Source: Clostridia bacterium (GTDB lineage: Bacteria; Bacillota; Clostridia; TANB77; CAG-508). From it: a stretch of DNA of 64,000 nucleotides. Positions 20,119 to 30,056 of this stretch are shown piece after piece. The DNA lies in contig JAZUKI010000006.1 of assembly GCA_045643205.1 (NCBI GenBank), positions 39,595-103,594 on the forward strand. The letters are read 5' to 3'. How positions within the stretch are numbered: position 1 is the first letter of the stretch; the number at the start of each line of letters is the position of its first letter. The notes beneath the pieces are model-generated. The model was not told the origin of the DNA, searched no databases, and worked only from the letters and a program-made list of their open reading frames with translations. Position numbers and translations under genes: made by a program.

Positions 20119-20700
20119 TTATTTATTCCAACTTAATAAGTCTTTAAGATAAGTTTGTACCTCTTCTTGTGGCTTAGTGTTGTCCACATTAATAACATTG
20201 ATTTGTGGATATTTTTCTTTTATCTCATCAGCCATTTTTAAATATGCATCTTGTTGTGCAACACTACTTCTCTTATCATAGTTAGCATATTTTGTAACAG
20301 CTTTTCCTTCTCTTTCTAATCTTGCATTATATTCTTCAACATCACTTAAATATAATGTTATATAATAAATGTCATAATCCATTTTTGCTAATCTATCTAA
20401 ATATTCATAATACAAATCAGTAAATTCATATTCTTTAAAACCTAATCTACAATAAATCTCCTCTGTAAAAAATGTTCTATCAAATAATAAATTTATATCT
20501 AAGTTTTGCATTGATTCAATATAATTAATTAAGCAATTATACATCTTCTTTGATTTTTCTTTTCCTGTTTGAGTTGCATCTTTTGTACCACTCAAACGAT
20601 ATAAATTTGTATAGGGAATAGCAGATCTCAAAAAGTTTGTAATTGTTGTCTTTCCAGCTCCCTGTGGGCCTTCAACTACGATTATTTTTGTTTTTGACAT
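20119..20700 (-). CDS. P-loop nucleoside/nucleotide kinase (thymidylate-kinase-like)
   Basis: IIVVEGPQGAGKTT Walker A, LLFDR motif, ARLERE lid, INVDN. Confidence 0.75.
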   Translation of the reverse strand: MSKTKIIVVEGPQGAGKTTITNFLRSAIPYTNLYRLSGTKDATQTGKEKSKKMYNCLINYIESMQNLDINLLFDRTFFTEEIYCRLGFKEYEFTDLYYEYLDRLAKMDYDIYYITLYLSDVEEYNARLEREGKAVTKYANYDKRSSVAQQDAYLKMADEIKEKYPQINVINVDNTKPQEEVQTYLKDLLSWNK

Positions 20701-20734
20701 TTATTAATCCTCCTTAAACTATTCAATTCTTAAT

Positions 20735-21022
20735 TTATTCAATTACCTTAGGAATTTTGTACATATTTCTTTCTGTTTCTTCACAATTTTCCATAATTCC
20801 AGGAATGTTATTAAATTGAACTGGTTCATCTTTTCTGAAAACATTATAATTGTCATTTGCTCCTATTGTTTCTCCCAATTCTTCAACTGGAGCTTTATTG
20901 ATAATTTCTGTATATCTTAGAATATCATCAACTTTCTTTAAGTAATCATCAATTTCATCATCAGCCATTTTTAAATCTGATAATTTTGCAATATGTAATA
21001 AGTCTTCTTTACTTAATGCCAT
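20735..21022 (-). CDS. gatC: Asp/Glu-tRNA amidotransferase subunit C
   Basis: HIAKLSDL...NVFRKD...YKIPKVIE; operon context. Confidence 0.92.
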   Translation of the reverse strand: MALSKEDLLHIAKLSDLKMADDEIDDYLKKVDDILRYTEIINKAPVEELGETIGANDNYNVFRKDEPVQFNNIPGIMENCEETERNMYKIPKVIE

Positions 21023-21034
21023 AGTAATTACCTC

Positions 21035-22798
21035 CTAATTTTTTTCTTTTTTAACTTCGATATGAACATCGCTTAGAAGTTGCCATTTAACTGCACTTGG
21101 TGCTCCCATCATTAAGTCTTCTGCTTTACTATTTAGAGGGAACGCAATAACATCTCTAATTGTTTCTGAGTCAGTTAATAACATTATCATTCTATCAACT
21201 CCAGGTGCGATACCAGCATGTGGTGGAGCACCAAATTGGAATGCTGTATATAAAGCACCGAATTTTGTTTTAACTTCTTCCTCTGTATAACCTGCAATAT
21301 CAAATGCTTTAATCATAACATCGATATCATGATTTCTAACAGCTCCTGAAGATAATTCAATACCATTACATACTAAATCATATTGATAAGCTAATATATC
21401 TAATGGATCTTCTTTTTCTAATGCTTCAAGTCCACCTTGTGGCATTGAGAATGGATTATGTCCAAATTGAATTTTGTTATGATCATCAAGTTCAAACATA
21501 GGGAAATCAACAATCCAGCAGAATTCAAATTTATTATTATCAATTAAATCTAATCTCTTTCCAAGTTCCTTTCTAATATCACCTGCAAGTAAATCAACAG
21601 CTCTTGGTTGTTCAGCTATAAAGAATAAGCAATCTCCTTCTTTAGAATTTGATCTCTTCATCATTTCTTCTTTAGCATCATCAGGAATGAATTTAGCAAT
21701 TGGTCCTTGTAAAGATCTATCAGCTTCAATTCTTAACCATGCTAAACCTTTAGCTTTAAGTTCATCAATTGCATAGTTTGTCATACCTTCAAAGAATGAT
21801 CTAGGTTTATCTGCAACATCATGTGCAGCAATAATTCTAACTTGTAATCCTTTGAATGCTCTTAAATCAACATTTTCAAAAACATCAGTAACATCTACTA
21901 TTTCAAGAGGATTTCTTAAATCTGGTTTATCAGAACCATATTTAAGCATTGCATCTTGATATTTAATTCTTCTAAATGGTGGTTTAACAATTTCTTTATT
22001 TGAGAATTGTTTAAATGTGTTATACATTACAGGTTCAAGTACTGAGAAAACATCCTCTTGATCTGCATAACTCATCTCCATATCTAATTGATAAAATTCA
22101 CCTGGAGCTCTATCAGCCCTAGCATCTTCATCTCTGAAACAAGGTGCAATTTGAAAATATTTGTCTATTCCTCCAACCATTAACAATTGTTTGAATTGTT
22201 GTGGTGCTTGAGGTAATGCATAAAATTTTCCTGGATGTAATCTAGATGGAACTAAGTAATCTCTTGCACCTTCTGGTGATGATGATGTAAGAATTGGAGT
22301 TTGTACTTCTAAAAATCCTTGATCAATCATTTGTTGTCTTAAAAATTGTAAAACCTTAGCTCTTAAGATTAAATTATTTTTTAACTTATCATTTCTTAAA
22401 TCTAAGTATCTGTATTTTAATCTTAAATCTTCTCTAACATCTGTATCAGTATTTACATCAAATGGAAGCATTTGAGTTCTCTTACCTAATACTTTAATTT
22501 CTTTAATTTTAATTTCTACTAAACCAGTTTTAATTTTATTATTAACAGTTGCTTCATCACGTTTTTGAACTGTTCCTAAAACTGAAACTGAAGATTCAAC
22601 AGGAATATGTGAAGCGAAATCAACATCAGATGATTCGCTAGATGTAACAGCTTGTGTTACTCCATACATATCTCTAATATCTAGGAAAACTAATCCTCCT
22701 AAATCTCTAATAGTTTGAACGAATCCAGCTATTCTTACTTCTTTTCCTACATCCTCTAATCCAATTTGATTACATGTGTATGTTCTGTAGTCTTTCAT
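21035..22798 (-). CDS. aspS: Aspartate--tRNA ligase (probably non-discriminating, given gatCAB linkage)
   Basis: PEGARDY, FRDED, EFYQLDME, GAPPHAG. Confidence 0.96.
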   Translation of the reverse strand: MKDYRTYTCNQIGLEDVGKEVRIAGFVQTIRDLGGLVFLDIRDMYGVTQAVTSSESSDVDFASHIPVESSVSVLGTVQKRDEATVNNKIKTGLVEIKIKEIKVLGKRTQMLPFDVNTDTDVREDLRLKYRYLDLRNDKLKNNLILRAKVLQFLRQQMIDQGFLEVQTPILTSSSPEGARDYLVPSRLHPGKFYALPQAPQQFKQLLMVGGIDKYFQIAPCFRDEDARADRAPGEFYQLDMEMSYADQEDVFSVLEPVMYNTFKQFSNKEIVKPPFRRIKYQDAMLKYGSDKPDLRNPLEIVDVTDVFENVDLRAFKGLQVRIIAAHDVADKPRSFFEGMTNYAIDELKAKGLAWLRIEADRSLQGPIAKFIPDDAKEEMMKRSNSKEGDCLFFIAEQPRAVDLLAGDIRKELGKRLDLIDNNKFEFCWIVDFPMFELDDHNKIQFGHNPFSMPQGGLEALEKEDPLDILAYQYDLVCNGIELSSGAVRNHDIDVMIKAFDIAGYTEEEVKTKFGALYTAFQFGAPPHAGIAPGVDRMIMLLTDSETIRDVIAFPLNSKAEDLMMGAPSAVKWQLLSDVHIEVKKEKN

Positions 22799-22848
22799 TT
22801 ATTTTAATACCTCCTTATTTATGCAGTAAGCGTGTAGCTTTATGGCCA

Positions 22849-23065
22849 CAAAAAAACGCCTCTGCAAACTGCAGGGACGAATATAAACATATCCGCGGTA
22901 CCACCCGGCTAGAATTTTATCAATAAAATTCCACTTAATTAAACTTGCTCCAGTGTGTTTCACTATTTAGGCATTGTTTATGGAACTTCCAGCTTATAAT
23001 TCCAATTCTCTTCTAAACTGTATCTAAATGCTTTGTACTGTACAAACGCAAACTATTTTTAATAT
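22849..23065 (-). ncRNA. T-box riboswitch leader of aspS-gatCAB, probable AAC (Asn) specifier
   Basis: Minus strand: AGAGA and GCTG motifs in stem I, GGGTGGTACCGCGG T-box, TTCGTCCC antiterminator, GC hairpin plus U-run terminator; GAAAC in the specifier loop (AAC = 22959-22957). Confidence 0.88.
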
Positions 23066-23071
23066 GTGCTA

Positions 23072-23100
23072 ATTATACTCTCTTGCTACGGAAATGTCAA
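23072..23100 (-). promoter_or_regulatory. SigA promoter upstream of the T-box
   Basis: TTGACA-17 bp-TATAAT. Confidence 0.85.
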
Positions 23101-23202
23101 TTTGATTTTAATATTTAATTCAAATTTTTTATAAAAATAATCCCTTTTTTTCTATTTCAAAATATCTGCTTTTTCTATTAAAAAACATTTATTTTTTGCA
23201 CA

Positions 23203-23253
23203 AAAAAAGATGGCATTTAGCAAACATTTTTTAGTTTGCTTTAAGCCATCTTT
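23203..23253 (-). terminator. Terminator of the rnhB-pdp-nrdD-like-yvyF cluster
   Basis: aaaagatggc...gcaaac / gtttgc...gccatctttt. Confidence 0.7.
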
Positions 23254-23263
23254 TATTTATATC

Positions 23264-23566
23264 TTACAAATTTTCTTTTTTATTCATACGTGATAATTGA
23301 TCATCTAAATGTGCTGCTTGATTACTATTAATAGAAATATTTTTCTTAATTCCTGAAAATTCGCTCTCTTTAAGATATCTATTAATATCATATAAAGATA
23401 TTCCACTTTGAAATGATAATTCTTGAACACTACTTGGTGCTCCATTTATTTCGATAAAACTTTTTAAATATTTTTTATCACTATCATCTCTTTGTTTACA
23501 ATTAGGGCATAAATTATCTTCAGTAGTAAAGAAACATCCGCATCTAATGCATTTCTTTAATTCCAT
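23264..23566 (-). CDS. YvyF-like zinc-finger/HTH protein (TIGR03826-like)
   Basis: MELKKCIRCG..F...CPNC followed by an HTH-like segment. Confidence 0.7.
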   Translation of the reverse strand: MELKKCIRCGCFFTTEDNLCPNCKQRDDSDKKYLKSFIEINGAPSSVQELSFQSGISLYDINRYLKESEFSGIKKNISINSNQAAHLDDQLSRMNKKENL

Positions 23567-23666
23567 ACATCCTCCTATAGCAACATTGCCATATTAATCT
23601 TCTTTCGTAGCAATTTTTATTGTAGCATATTATTTAATAATTTAAAAGGTATTTTATATATAATTT

Positions 23667-25787
23667 CTATTTTGCAATCACTGCATATCCTATCTCGTTT
23701 TTATGTAATATATTAATTGTTTTTAACAATTCTTCAACTTCTTTAGATAGTTTTTCTTTTTCATCTTTAATGCCTTTTATTTCTGCTAAAGTAACTTCTG
23801 TCATGTGTCCACCATTTACTATTTCAAAGAATGGTGCTTCCCATTTGATTTTCTTTTCCATATCTTTTTCAAAAGCTAATTCAAATGATGATGTGTATCT
23901 ATCTTTATCTGTAACATCTTTAACTTTTCCAAAAATAACTCTATCTAGTTCTATAAAAGCTGAATCTAATTCTTTATTTTCATTTCCTGATAATACAAAA
24001 TTTAAGCCATATTTTTTTGAAAAATCCATTGTACATTGTTGCATTTTTTCAACAATTTTCAATCCCAATTCTTTTACCTTTTTATTATCTAATTCTTTAC
24101 TCTTAGTTAATAATATTAAAGCTTCGCTAAGTCCTGTAAAAGATATTTGCATAGAACCTTGTTTTAAAATTCTTCTAACTTTATCATCTTCTTCTCTTAA
24201 TCTATCAGAATCAAACCAAACAAATTGTTTCATTAAAAATGGAAAGTTATAAACTCTTTTATTACTTTGTATTTCAAGTCTTTCTAAAAGTTGATCTTTA
24301 ACATCATGCATTCTTTGTTCAAGTTCTTCTAAAAAGCCTTTTTCATCTTCTCTATGTTTGAATGCTATTCTTGGTAAATTAATTACTGTAGAAGAAATAA
24401 CACCTCTTCCTCCTACTACTTCTTTTTCTTTATCAATGTAGTTATCTATAATTCTTGTACCATCTGAAAAATAAGCAACTTCAGTATTGTAATCTCCTTC
24501 TTTATAAAATTGAGAATTATATTGTGCATCTAAGAATGAGAATGAAATATTTTTTGTTTGAATTGCAACTTCACAAGCAATTTTTAATAAATCATAATTT
24601 GGATCAGATTCTTTTAAATTAATACCTTCTTTAACTTTGAAAATAACTTTTGGATTAATTGGTTTTTTATTTTCTCCGATACCCTTACTAATAGTTTTTA
24701 AAATATTTTTAGTAATCATTCTACCTTCCTTGGTAGTATCTGTTCCTAAATTTATTGTTATTGGTCTAGCTTCGCAAATAGAATTGATATCATGTACAAA
24801 TCCTTCTAATGCTTGATATGTGCTTCTTTCTGTTTTTCTTAAAGCATTCGCATAAACAATTCTAAACATTCTTTTTAATTCTTCTGATTCACGAGTAAAC
24901 TTATAGAATGTTTCTATATCAAAATCTATTGAAGATATTTTTTCTATTTCCCTATCAATACCATTTAAAGCTATAAATTTATCAAAATCCGTATATTCTA
25001 GAATATCATAAATTGATTGTCTAAATTCTTTTTTAAATGTTTTTATAATTCCAGGTGCCATATAATAATCAAATGCAGGAATTGATTGTTCCCCATCTTG
25101 ATCATGTTGGTTACTTGCAATTGCTACGCATGCAAGCATTATATAAGATGAAATACTTTTAGGTTCTCTCATTGATGAATTATTTGCATCAAATCCACCC
25201 TCAAATAATTTCTCTAAATCTATTTGGCAGCTTTCTGTTGTACCCATTGGATAATATTCAAGTTTATTAATATAAATATCTCCGTTTTCATGTGCATCAG
25301 CATGTCTTTTTCTCATTAAATATGATGTTGCAAATTCCTCTGCAACAGTACTTCCGTATGATTGTAGAATTTCGTTTGTATTCTTATCTCTCGAAATTTC
25401 TTCACTAGTTTCCTTAGTACTTAATCCTAATTTTTCTAGTGCTTTTAAAAATTTATGTTTTCTTTTTTCTTCAAAGAAAATTTCACGTGATTGATTTCTC
25501 TTCTCACGATAATCTGCAAAAGAATTGTAAACATCTATGTAATTATTGCTTTTTAAAGCTTCTTCTATTAAGTCTTGAATTTCTTCAATTTGAATCTTTT
25601 CATAGTTTCCGCTATTAATTTTATCAATAACTTTTGTATAAATCTTATTTACATCATCTTCGTTGTATTTACCTTCAATGCTATCAAAACCTTTTTTGAT
25701 TGCTATAGCAATTTTAGTTCCATCAAAATTAACTTTTTTACCGCTTCTTTTGACAACTATTAAATTTGCTAAACTTTCTTCGTTCAT
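23667..25787 (-). CDS. NrdD (class III RNR)-like protein with ATP cone, catalytically degenerate
   Basis: ATP cone VVKRSG...IEEIQD; CQID, QSIPAFDY, GTDT, NLPR, NFPFLM core motifs; no MGCR and no C-terminal RxxGY. Confidence 0.85.
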   Translation of the reverse strand: MNEESLANLIVVKRSGKKVNFDGTKIAIAIKKGFDSIEGKYNEDDVNKIYTKVIDKINSGNYEKIQIEEIQDLIEEALKSNNYIDVYNSFADYREKRNQSREIFFEEKRKHKFLKALEKLGLSTKETSEEISRDKNTNEILQSYGSTVAEEFATSYLMRKRHADAHENGDIYINKLEYYPMGTTESCQIDLEKLFEGGFDANNSSMREPKSISSYIMLACVAIASNQHDQDGEQSIPAFDYYMAPGIIKTFKKEFRQSIYDILEYTDFDKFIALNGIDREIEKISSIDFDIETFYKFTRESEELKRMFRIVYANALRKTERSTYQALEGFVHDINSICEARPITINLGTDTTKEGRMITKNILKTISKGIGENKKPINPKVIFKVKEGINLKESDPNYDLLKIACEVAIQTKNISFSFLDAQYNSQFYKEGDYNTEVAYFSDGTRIIDNYIDKEKEVVGGRGVISSTVINLPRIAFKHREDEKGFLEELEQRMHDVKDQLLERLEIQSNKRVYNFPFLMKQFVWFDSDRLREEDDKVRRILKQGSMQISFTGLSEALILLTKSKELDNKKVKELGLKIVEKMQQCTMDFSKKYGLNFVLSGNENKELDSAFIELDRVIFGKVKDVTDKDRYTSSFELAFEKDMEKKIKWEAPFFEIVNGGHMTEVTLAEIKGIKDEKEKLSKEVEELLKTINILHKNEIGYAVIAK

Positions 25788-25800
25788 GCTAGCCTCCGTT

Positions 25801-27054
25801 TTAGTTTATTTCAAAAATATTTTGGCTTAGTACATAATTCGCTTTTTCTTCATCATCTGCATGAATATATCCTAAGATTTCTCCTTCGTTTACTTCATCA
25901 TCAACTTTTCTTTCGAACCAGAATCCAACATTTGGATTAATTTCATCTTCCTTCTTTTCTCTTCCTGCTCCTAAATATCCTGCTAAACGTCCAACTTGTA
26001 ATGCATCAAGTTTAGTTATTCTTCCAGACTTGTATGCCTTAATAGGAACAATATATTTTGATTCTTCAAATTTTTCTAAATGTTCAATGTATGAAACATC
26101 TCCACCTTGATTTTCAACTAGTTGCAAGAACTTTTTATATCCTTCTCCATTAGAAATGTTTTCTAGTATTTTTTGTTTTCCTTCTTCTATTGATTCTACC
26201 TTATTGGCAAGCATTAATATATTTGCGCCTAACTCACAAATTATATTTTTAACATCTTCTTGTAAATACTTACCTCTTAAGATATCAACTACTTCAATAA
26301 CTTCAAGTGAATTTCCAACTGCATGTCCAATAGGTTCATCCATATTAGTTTGTATACAAACTACTTTTCTATTTGATAGTTCTCCGATTCTAGTCATTAT
26401 AGTTGCTAACTTTTTAGCGTCTTCTTCATTTTTCATGAATGCACCACTACCACATGTAACATCAATTACTATTTTATTTGCACCTGCAGCAATTTTTTTA
26501 CTCATAATACTTGATGCAATAAGTGGAATATTTTCAACACATGAAATTGTATCTCTTAATGCATATAATTTTTTATCTGCTGGAGCTAAGTTTGATGTTT
26601 GTCCCATCAAACAAATTCCAATGTTTTTAACGTTTTGTTTAAATTCATCTATTGTTAAATTTGTTCTATATCCTGGAATTGATTCCATTTTATCAACTGT
26701 TCCGCCTGTAAATCCAAGACCTCTTCCTGACATTTTTGCTACTGGCACACCAAGTGATGCAATTATTGGCATCAATATTAATGTAATTTTATCACCTACA
26801 CCACCTGTTGAATGTTTATCAACTACATCTCCTAAATCAGATAAATCAAGAACTTCTCCAGAGTTTGCCATAGCTAATGTTAAATCAGTTATTTCTTGAT
26901 CACTCATTCCATTAATATAAATTGCCATTACTAATGCTGCTGCTTGATAATCTGTTACTTCACCATTTGTATAGCCTTCAACAAAATATTGTATTTCCTC
27001 TGCTGTTAATTCTTTGTTATCTCTCTTTTTAGCAATAATATCTAAAATATTCAT
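25801..27054 (-). CDS. pdp: Pyrimidine-nucleoside phosphorylase
   Basis: DKHSTGGVGDK, KMSGRGLG, LYALRD, SIMSKK. Confidence 0.95.
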   Translation of the reverse strand: MNILDIIAKKRDNKELTAEEIQYFVEGYTNGEVTDYQAAALVMAIYINGMSDQEITDLTLAMANSGEVLDLSDLGDVVDKHSTGGVGDKITLILMPIIASLGVPVAKMSGRGLGFTGGTVDKMESIPGYRTNLTIDEFKQNVKNIGICLMGQTSNLAPADKKLYALRDTISCVENIPLIASSIMSKKIAAGANKIVIDVTCGSGAFMKNEEDAKKLATIMTRIGELSNRKVVCIQTNMDEPIGHAVGNSLEVIEVVDILRGKYLQEDVKNIICELGANILMLANKVESIEEGKQKILENISNGEGYKKFLQLVENQGGDVSYIEHLEKFEESKYIVPIKAYKSGRITKLDALQVGRLAGYLGAGREKKEDEINPNVGFWFERKVDDEVNEGEILGYIHADDEEKANYVLSQNIFEIN

Positions 27055-27076
27055 TAGTACCCCTTGTTTATTTTTA

Positions 27077-27715
27077 TTAAATAAAATGTGTTATAAAACT
27101 CTTTCTATGTAACGGACATGGTCCGTATTTTTTAATAGCTTCTATATGTTCTTTTGTTCCATATCCTTTATGTTTTGCAAATCCGTATTCTGGATATGCT
27201 TCATCCCATTGTTTCATTACTCTGTCTCTTGTAACTTTTGCTAAGATTGATGCACATGATATTGAATAAACATTTGCATCACCTTTAATTATCGACATGT
27301 ATGGTATATCGAAAACATCTATACCTTTTAACGCATCAACAACTATTATATCTGGCTTTTGTTTTAATTGATTAATTATGTCTTCAACTGCTAAATGTAC
27401 GCCTTTTTTAGTTGCTTCTAATATATTTAATTCATCAATATCTTGTTGTGAAATTAATTGAACACTCCAAGCTAATGAATCTTCTATAATTTTGTCATAT
27501 AAAATTTCTCTTCTTTTTTCAGTTACTTTTTTTGAATCATTAACCCATTCAAGCTCAGAATCTTTTTTCATTACAACTGCACCTACAGCAACAGGTCCAG
27601 CTAATGGTCCACGTCCTGCTTCATCAATACCGCAAATTAATTTGTTTCCTTCGTTATATAAATCAATCTCTAAACCTTTAAGATGATCCAATCTTTCTTT
27701 TTCTGCCTCTTTCAT
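27077..27715 (-). CDS. rnhB: Ribonuclease HII
   Basis: GIDEAGRGPLAGPV, DSKK, ASILAKVTRD, HKGYGT. Confidence 0.96.
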   Translation of the reverse strand: MKEAEKERLDHLKGLEIDLYNEGNKLICGIDEAGRGPLAGPVAVGAVVMKKDSELEWVNDSKKVTEKRREILYDKIIEDSLAWSVQLISQQDIDELNILEATKKGVHLAVEDIINQLKQKPDIIVVDALKGIDVFDIPYMSIIKGDANVYSISCASILAKVTRDRVMKQWDEAYPEYGFAKHKGYGTKEHIEAIKKYGPCPLHRKSFITHFI

Positions 27716-27792
27716 TTATTAAAGCTCCACTATAAATCTAATAAATTTTATTCAGTTTCTATCATTTATATAAATCTAAAATTTCTTATTTG

Positions 27793-28422
27793 TTAATCCT
27801 TTAACCCCATTTGTGATAATAAGTATTGTCCTTGATATCCACATGTTATTACTACTTCACGTGTATCATAATTAATAATATATCTTGCATTCTTTTCATT
27901 TTTAAAGTTTAGTCCTAAAGACTCTAAATCAGCATCTTCTAAAACATAAAATTTATCATAGTCACTTTCAGAAACTATATTTAATTTTTTAAACTCTCTA
28001 ATAATTTCATCTACTGTTTTTTCTACATCATTATTTGAAGTGTTTTCAGAGCTTTCATTTTCTGCATTTATAGAATTTTCAGCATTTTCAGTGCTTTCTT
28101 TGTTTTCAGTACTTTCTTGATTTTCAGAGTTTTCCTTATTTTCTGCATTATCTGTATTTTCAGTGCTATTTTTTACTTCTTCATCTTTAAATGATGATAA
28201 TTTGTTACCTTTTCTCTCTTCATCAACTTTATTATTCATATCTGCCTTATCATTTAAAACTCGGCACTTTGCTTGTATCTGAAGCATATTTGATTTTAAA
28301 TTACTTGTTTCTAAATTTTTTCCAACTTTTTGTATAACATGAAATATTAAAACTATAACCACTGCTATTATAGCAATTATCCCTAACATTTTTATAATTC
28401 TAATTACTCGATTTTTATCCAT
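27793..28422 (-). CDS. Hypothetical membrane-anchored protein with an E/N/S/T low-complexity insert
   Basis: N-terminal TM; ENTDNAENKENSENQESTENKESTENAEN repeat. Confidence 0.75.
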   Translation of the reverse strand: MDKNRVIRIIKMLGIIAIIAVVIVLIFHVIQKVGKNLETSNLKSNMLQIQAKCRVLNDKADMNNKVDEERKGNKLSSFKDEEVKNSTENTDNAENKENSENQESTENKESTENAENSINAENESSENTSNNDVEKTVDEIIREFKKLNIVSESDYDKFYVLEDADLESLGLNFKNEKNARYIINYDTREVVITCGYQGQYLLSQMGLKD

Positions 28423-28612
28423 AATTTCTCCTTTTTTTAATCAGGGTTAGTATATCATAAAAAACCTTAAAAGTAATTAAAATAGATAACTTTTTTACAT
28501 TGCATTACATTTTTTTTAGTATTATAATGATTAAAAATTTGGCTATTTTCTATGTTTTTTGAAAAGCTTAATAAAATGAAAGGAGTTTGCCTTATTTAAG
28601 GCATAAAAATAT

Positions 28613-29926
28613 ATGGATAATTATCAAAATGATTCAAATAATGGATTTGTACAATATAGTGCTCAGCCAAATCCGGTTCAAAGTACAATTCAAAATCTAA
28701 ACCAAAATACAACACAAAATATAACTCAAAGCACATTTCAAAATCCAACTCATATAAGTTCTAACAAATCTGGTAAGCATATATTCTTATCATTTATTTT
28801 TGGAATTATAGGTGCCTGCCTAGTAATTGGAATTTGCTTTGGTATTCCTGGAATTAGAACTGCTATAATAGGTCAACCAAATACCATTGTTCTTTCTACA
28901 AATAACAGTAATAATTTCAATCCTAATAATGTTAATACATATCAAGTTTCACTATCTAGTTTTAATGATACTGGAGTTCAAGTTGCACAAAAAGTTTTGC
29001 CATCAGTAGTTGGTATTAATGTTTCTTACCCAGTTCAATCATACTGGAGTGGAAATACTAGTACTATTTCAGCTTCTGGCTCTGGCGTAATTATAAGCAA
29101 AGACGGCTACATTTTAACAAATAATCATGTTATTAGCACATCCGCTTCTGAAAGTTCTTATTACTCAATTGGTGAAGCAACTGACATTACTGTAAAATTA
29201 TATAATGATGAAACAATTTACCCTGCAACTGTTGTTGGTAATGATGCCAAAACTGACTTAGCTGTTTTAAAGATTGAAAAAGATAACCTTGTAGCAGCTG
29301 AATTAGGAGATTCAGATTCTGTTTTAGTTGGTGAATGGTGTATGGCAGTTGGTAATCCTCTAGGTATGGAAAGCTCTGTTTCATCAGGTTTAATTAGTGC
29401 TTTAAATCGTGAAGTTCAAGATGAAGAGGGTAAAATATATCACGTTATTCAAACTGATACAGCTATAAATTCTGGTAACTCAGGTGGTGCTTTAGTTAAT
29501 AGTAAAGGACAAGTTATTGGTATAAATACAATTAAAGTATCAGGTGCCGGAATTGAAGGTTTAGGATTTGCTATTCCTATAAATTCTACACTTTCTGTAA
29601 CTGATGATTTAATAAAATATCAAAAAGTTATTAGACCTTACATGGGAGTTTCTTGCATAAGTGTTACTGATGACGTAATAAAATCAAATCCAAAAGCAAA
29701 TTTAGTAAAAGGTGTTTATATTAGAACAGTTGCAACATTCTCTCCTGCAGAAAAAGCTGGATTAAAATCTGGTGACATTATTATTGCAATTGATAATCAA
29801 CCTGTTTTAAACTATGATGAAATGATGCAAATTAAAGATGCTCATAAAGTTGGCGATACAATTACTGTTAAATATGTTAGAAACGGTGCAGAAAAAACAA
29901 CTCAATTAACATTAGAAGAAGAATAA
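28613..29926 (+). CDS. htrA: HtrA serine protease with PDZ domain
   Basis: TNNHV, TDLAV, GNSGG triad motifs; TM anchor; C-terminal PDZ. Confidence 0.93.
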   Translation: MDNYQNDSNNGFVQYSAQPNPVQSTIQNLNQNTTQNITQSTFQNPTHISSNKSGKHIFLSFIFGIIGACLVIGICFGIPGIRTAIIGQPNTIVLSTNNSNNFNPNNVNTYQVSLSSFNDTGVQVAQKVLPSVVGINVSYPVQSYWSGNTSTISASGSGVIISKDGYILTNNHVISTSASESSYYSIGEATDITVKLYNDETIYPATVVGNDAKTDLAVLKIEKDNLVAAELGDSDSVLVGEWCMAVGNPLGMESSVSSGLISALNREVQDEEGKIYHVIQTDTAINSGNSGGALVNSKGQVIGINTIKVSGAGIEGLGFAIPINSTLSVTDDLIKYQKVIRPYMGVSCISVTDDVIKSNPKANLVKGVYIRTVATFSPAEKAGLKSGDIIIAIDNQPVLNYDEMMQIKDAHKVGDTITVKYVRNGAEKTTQLTLEEE

Positions 29927-30002
29927 AAACATGCATAAAACATAAAGATTAGCGATCATACAAAACATTCAAACAATAAAAATATTAAAATAATAAACAT
30001 AT

Positions 30003-30040
30003 AAAAAGAGACATTTGAAATAATCAAATGTCTCTTTTTT
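30003..30040. terminator. Bidirectional terminator
   Basis: aaaaagagacatttga / tcaaatgtctcttttt. Confidence 0.85.
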
Positions 30041-30056
30041 ACTTATAAAGCTCTAT

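Noticed and set aside
23567-23700. Frameshifted continuation of NrdD supplying the glycyl-radical domain
   Set aside because: No RxxGY-like coding seen in the 100-bp gap, and the next ORF looks like YvyF
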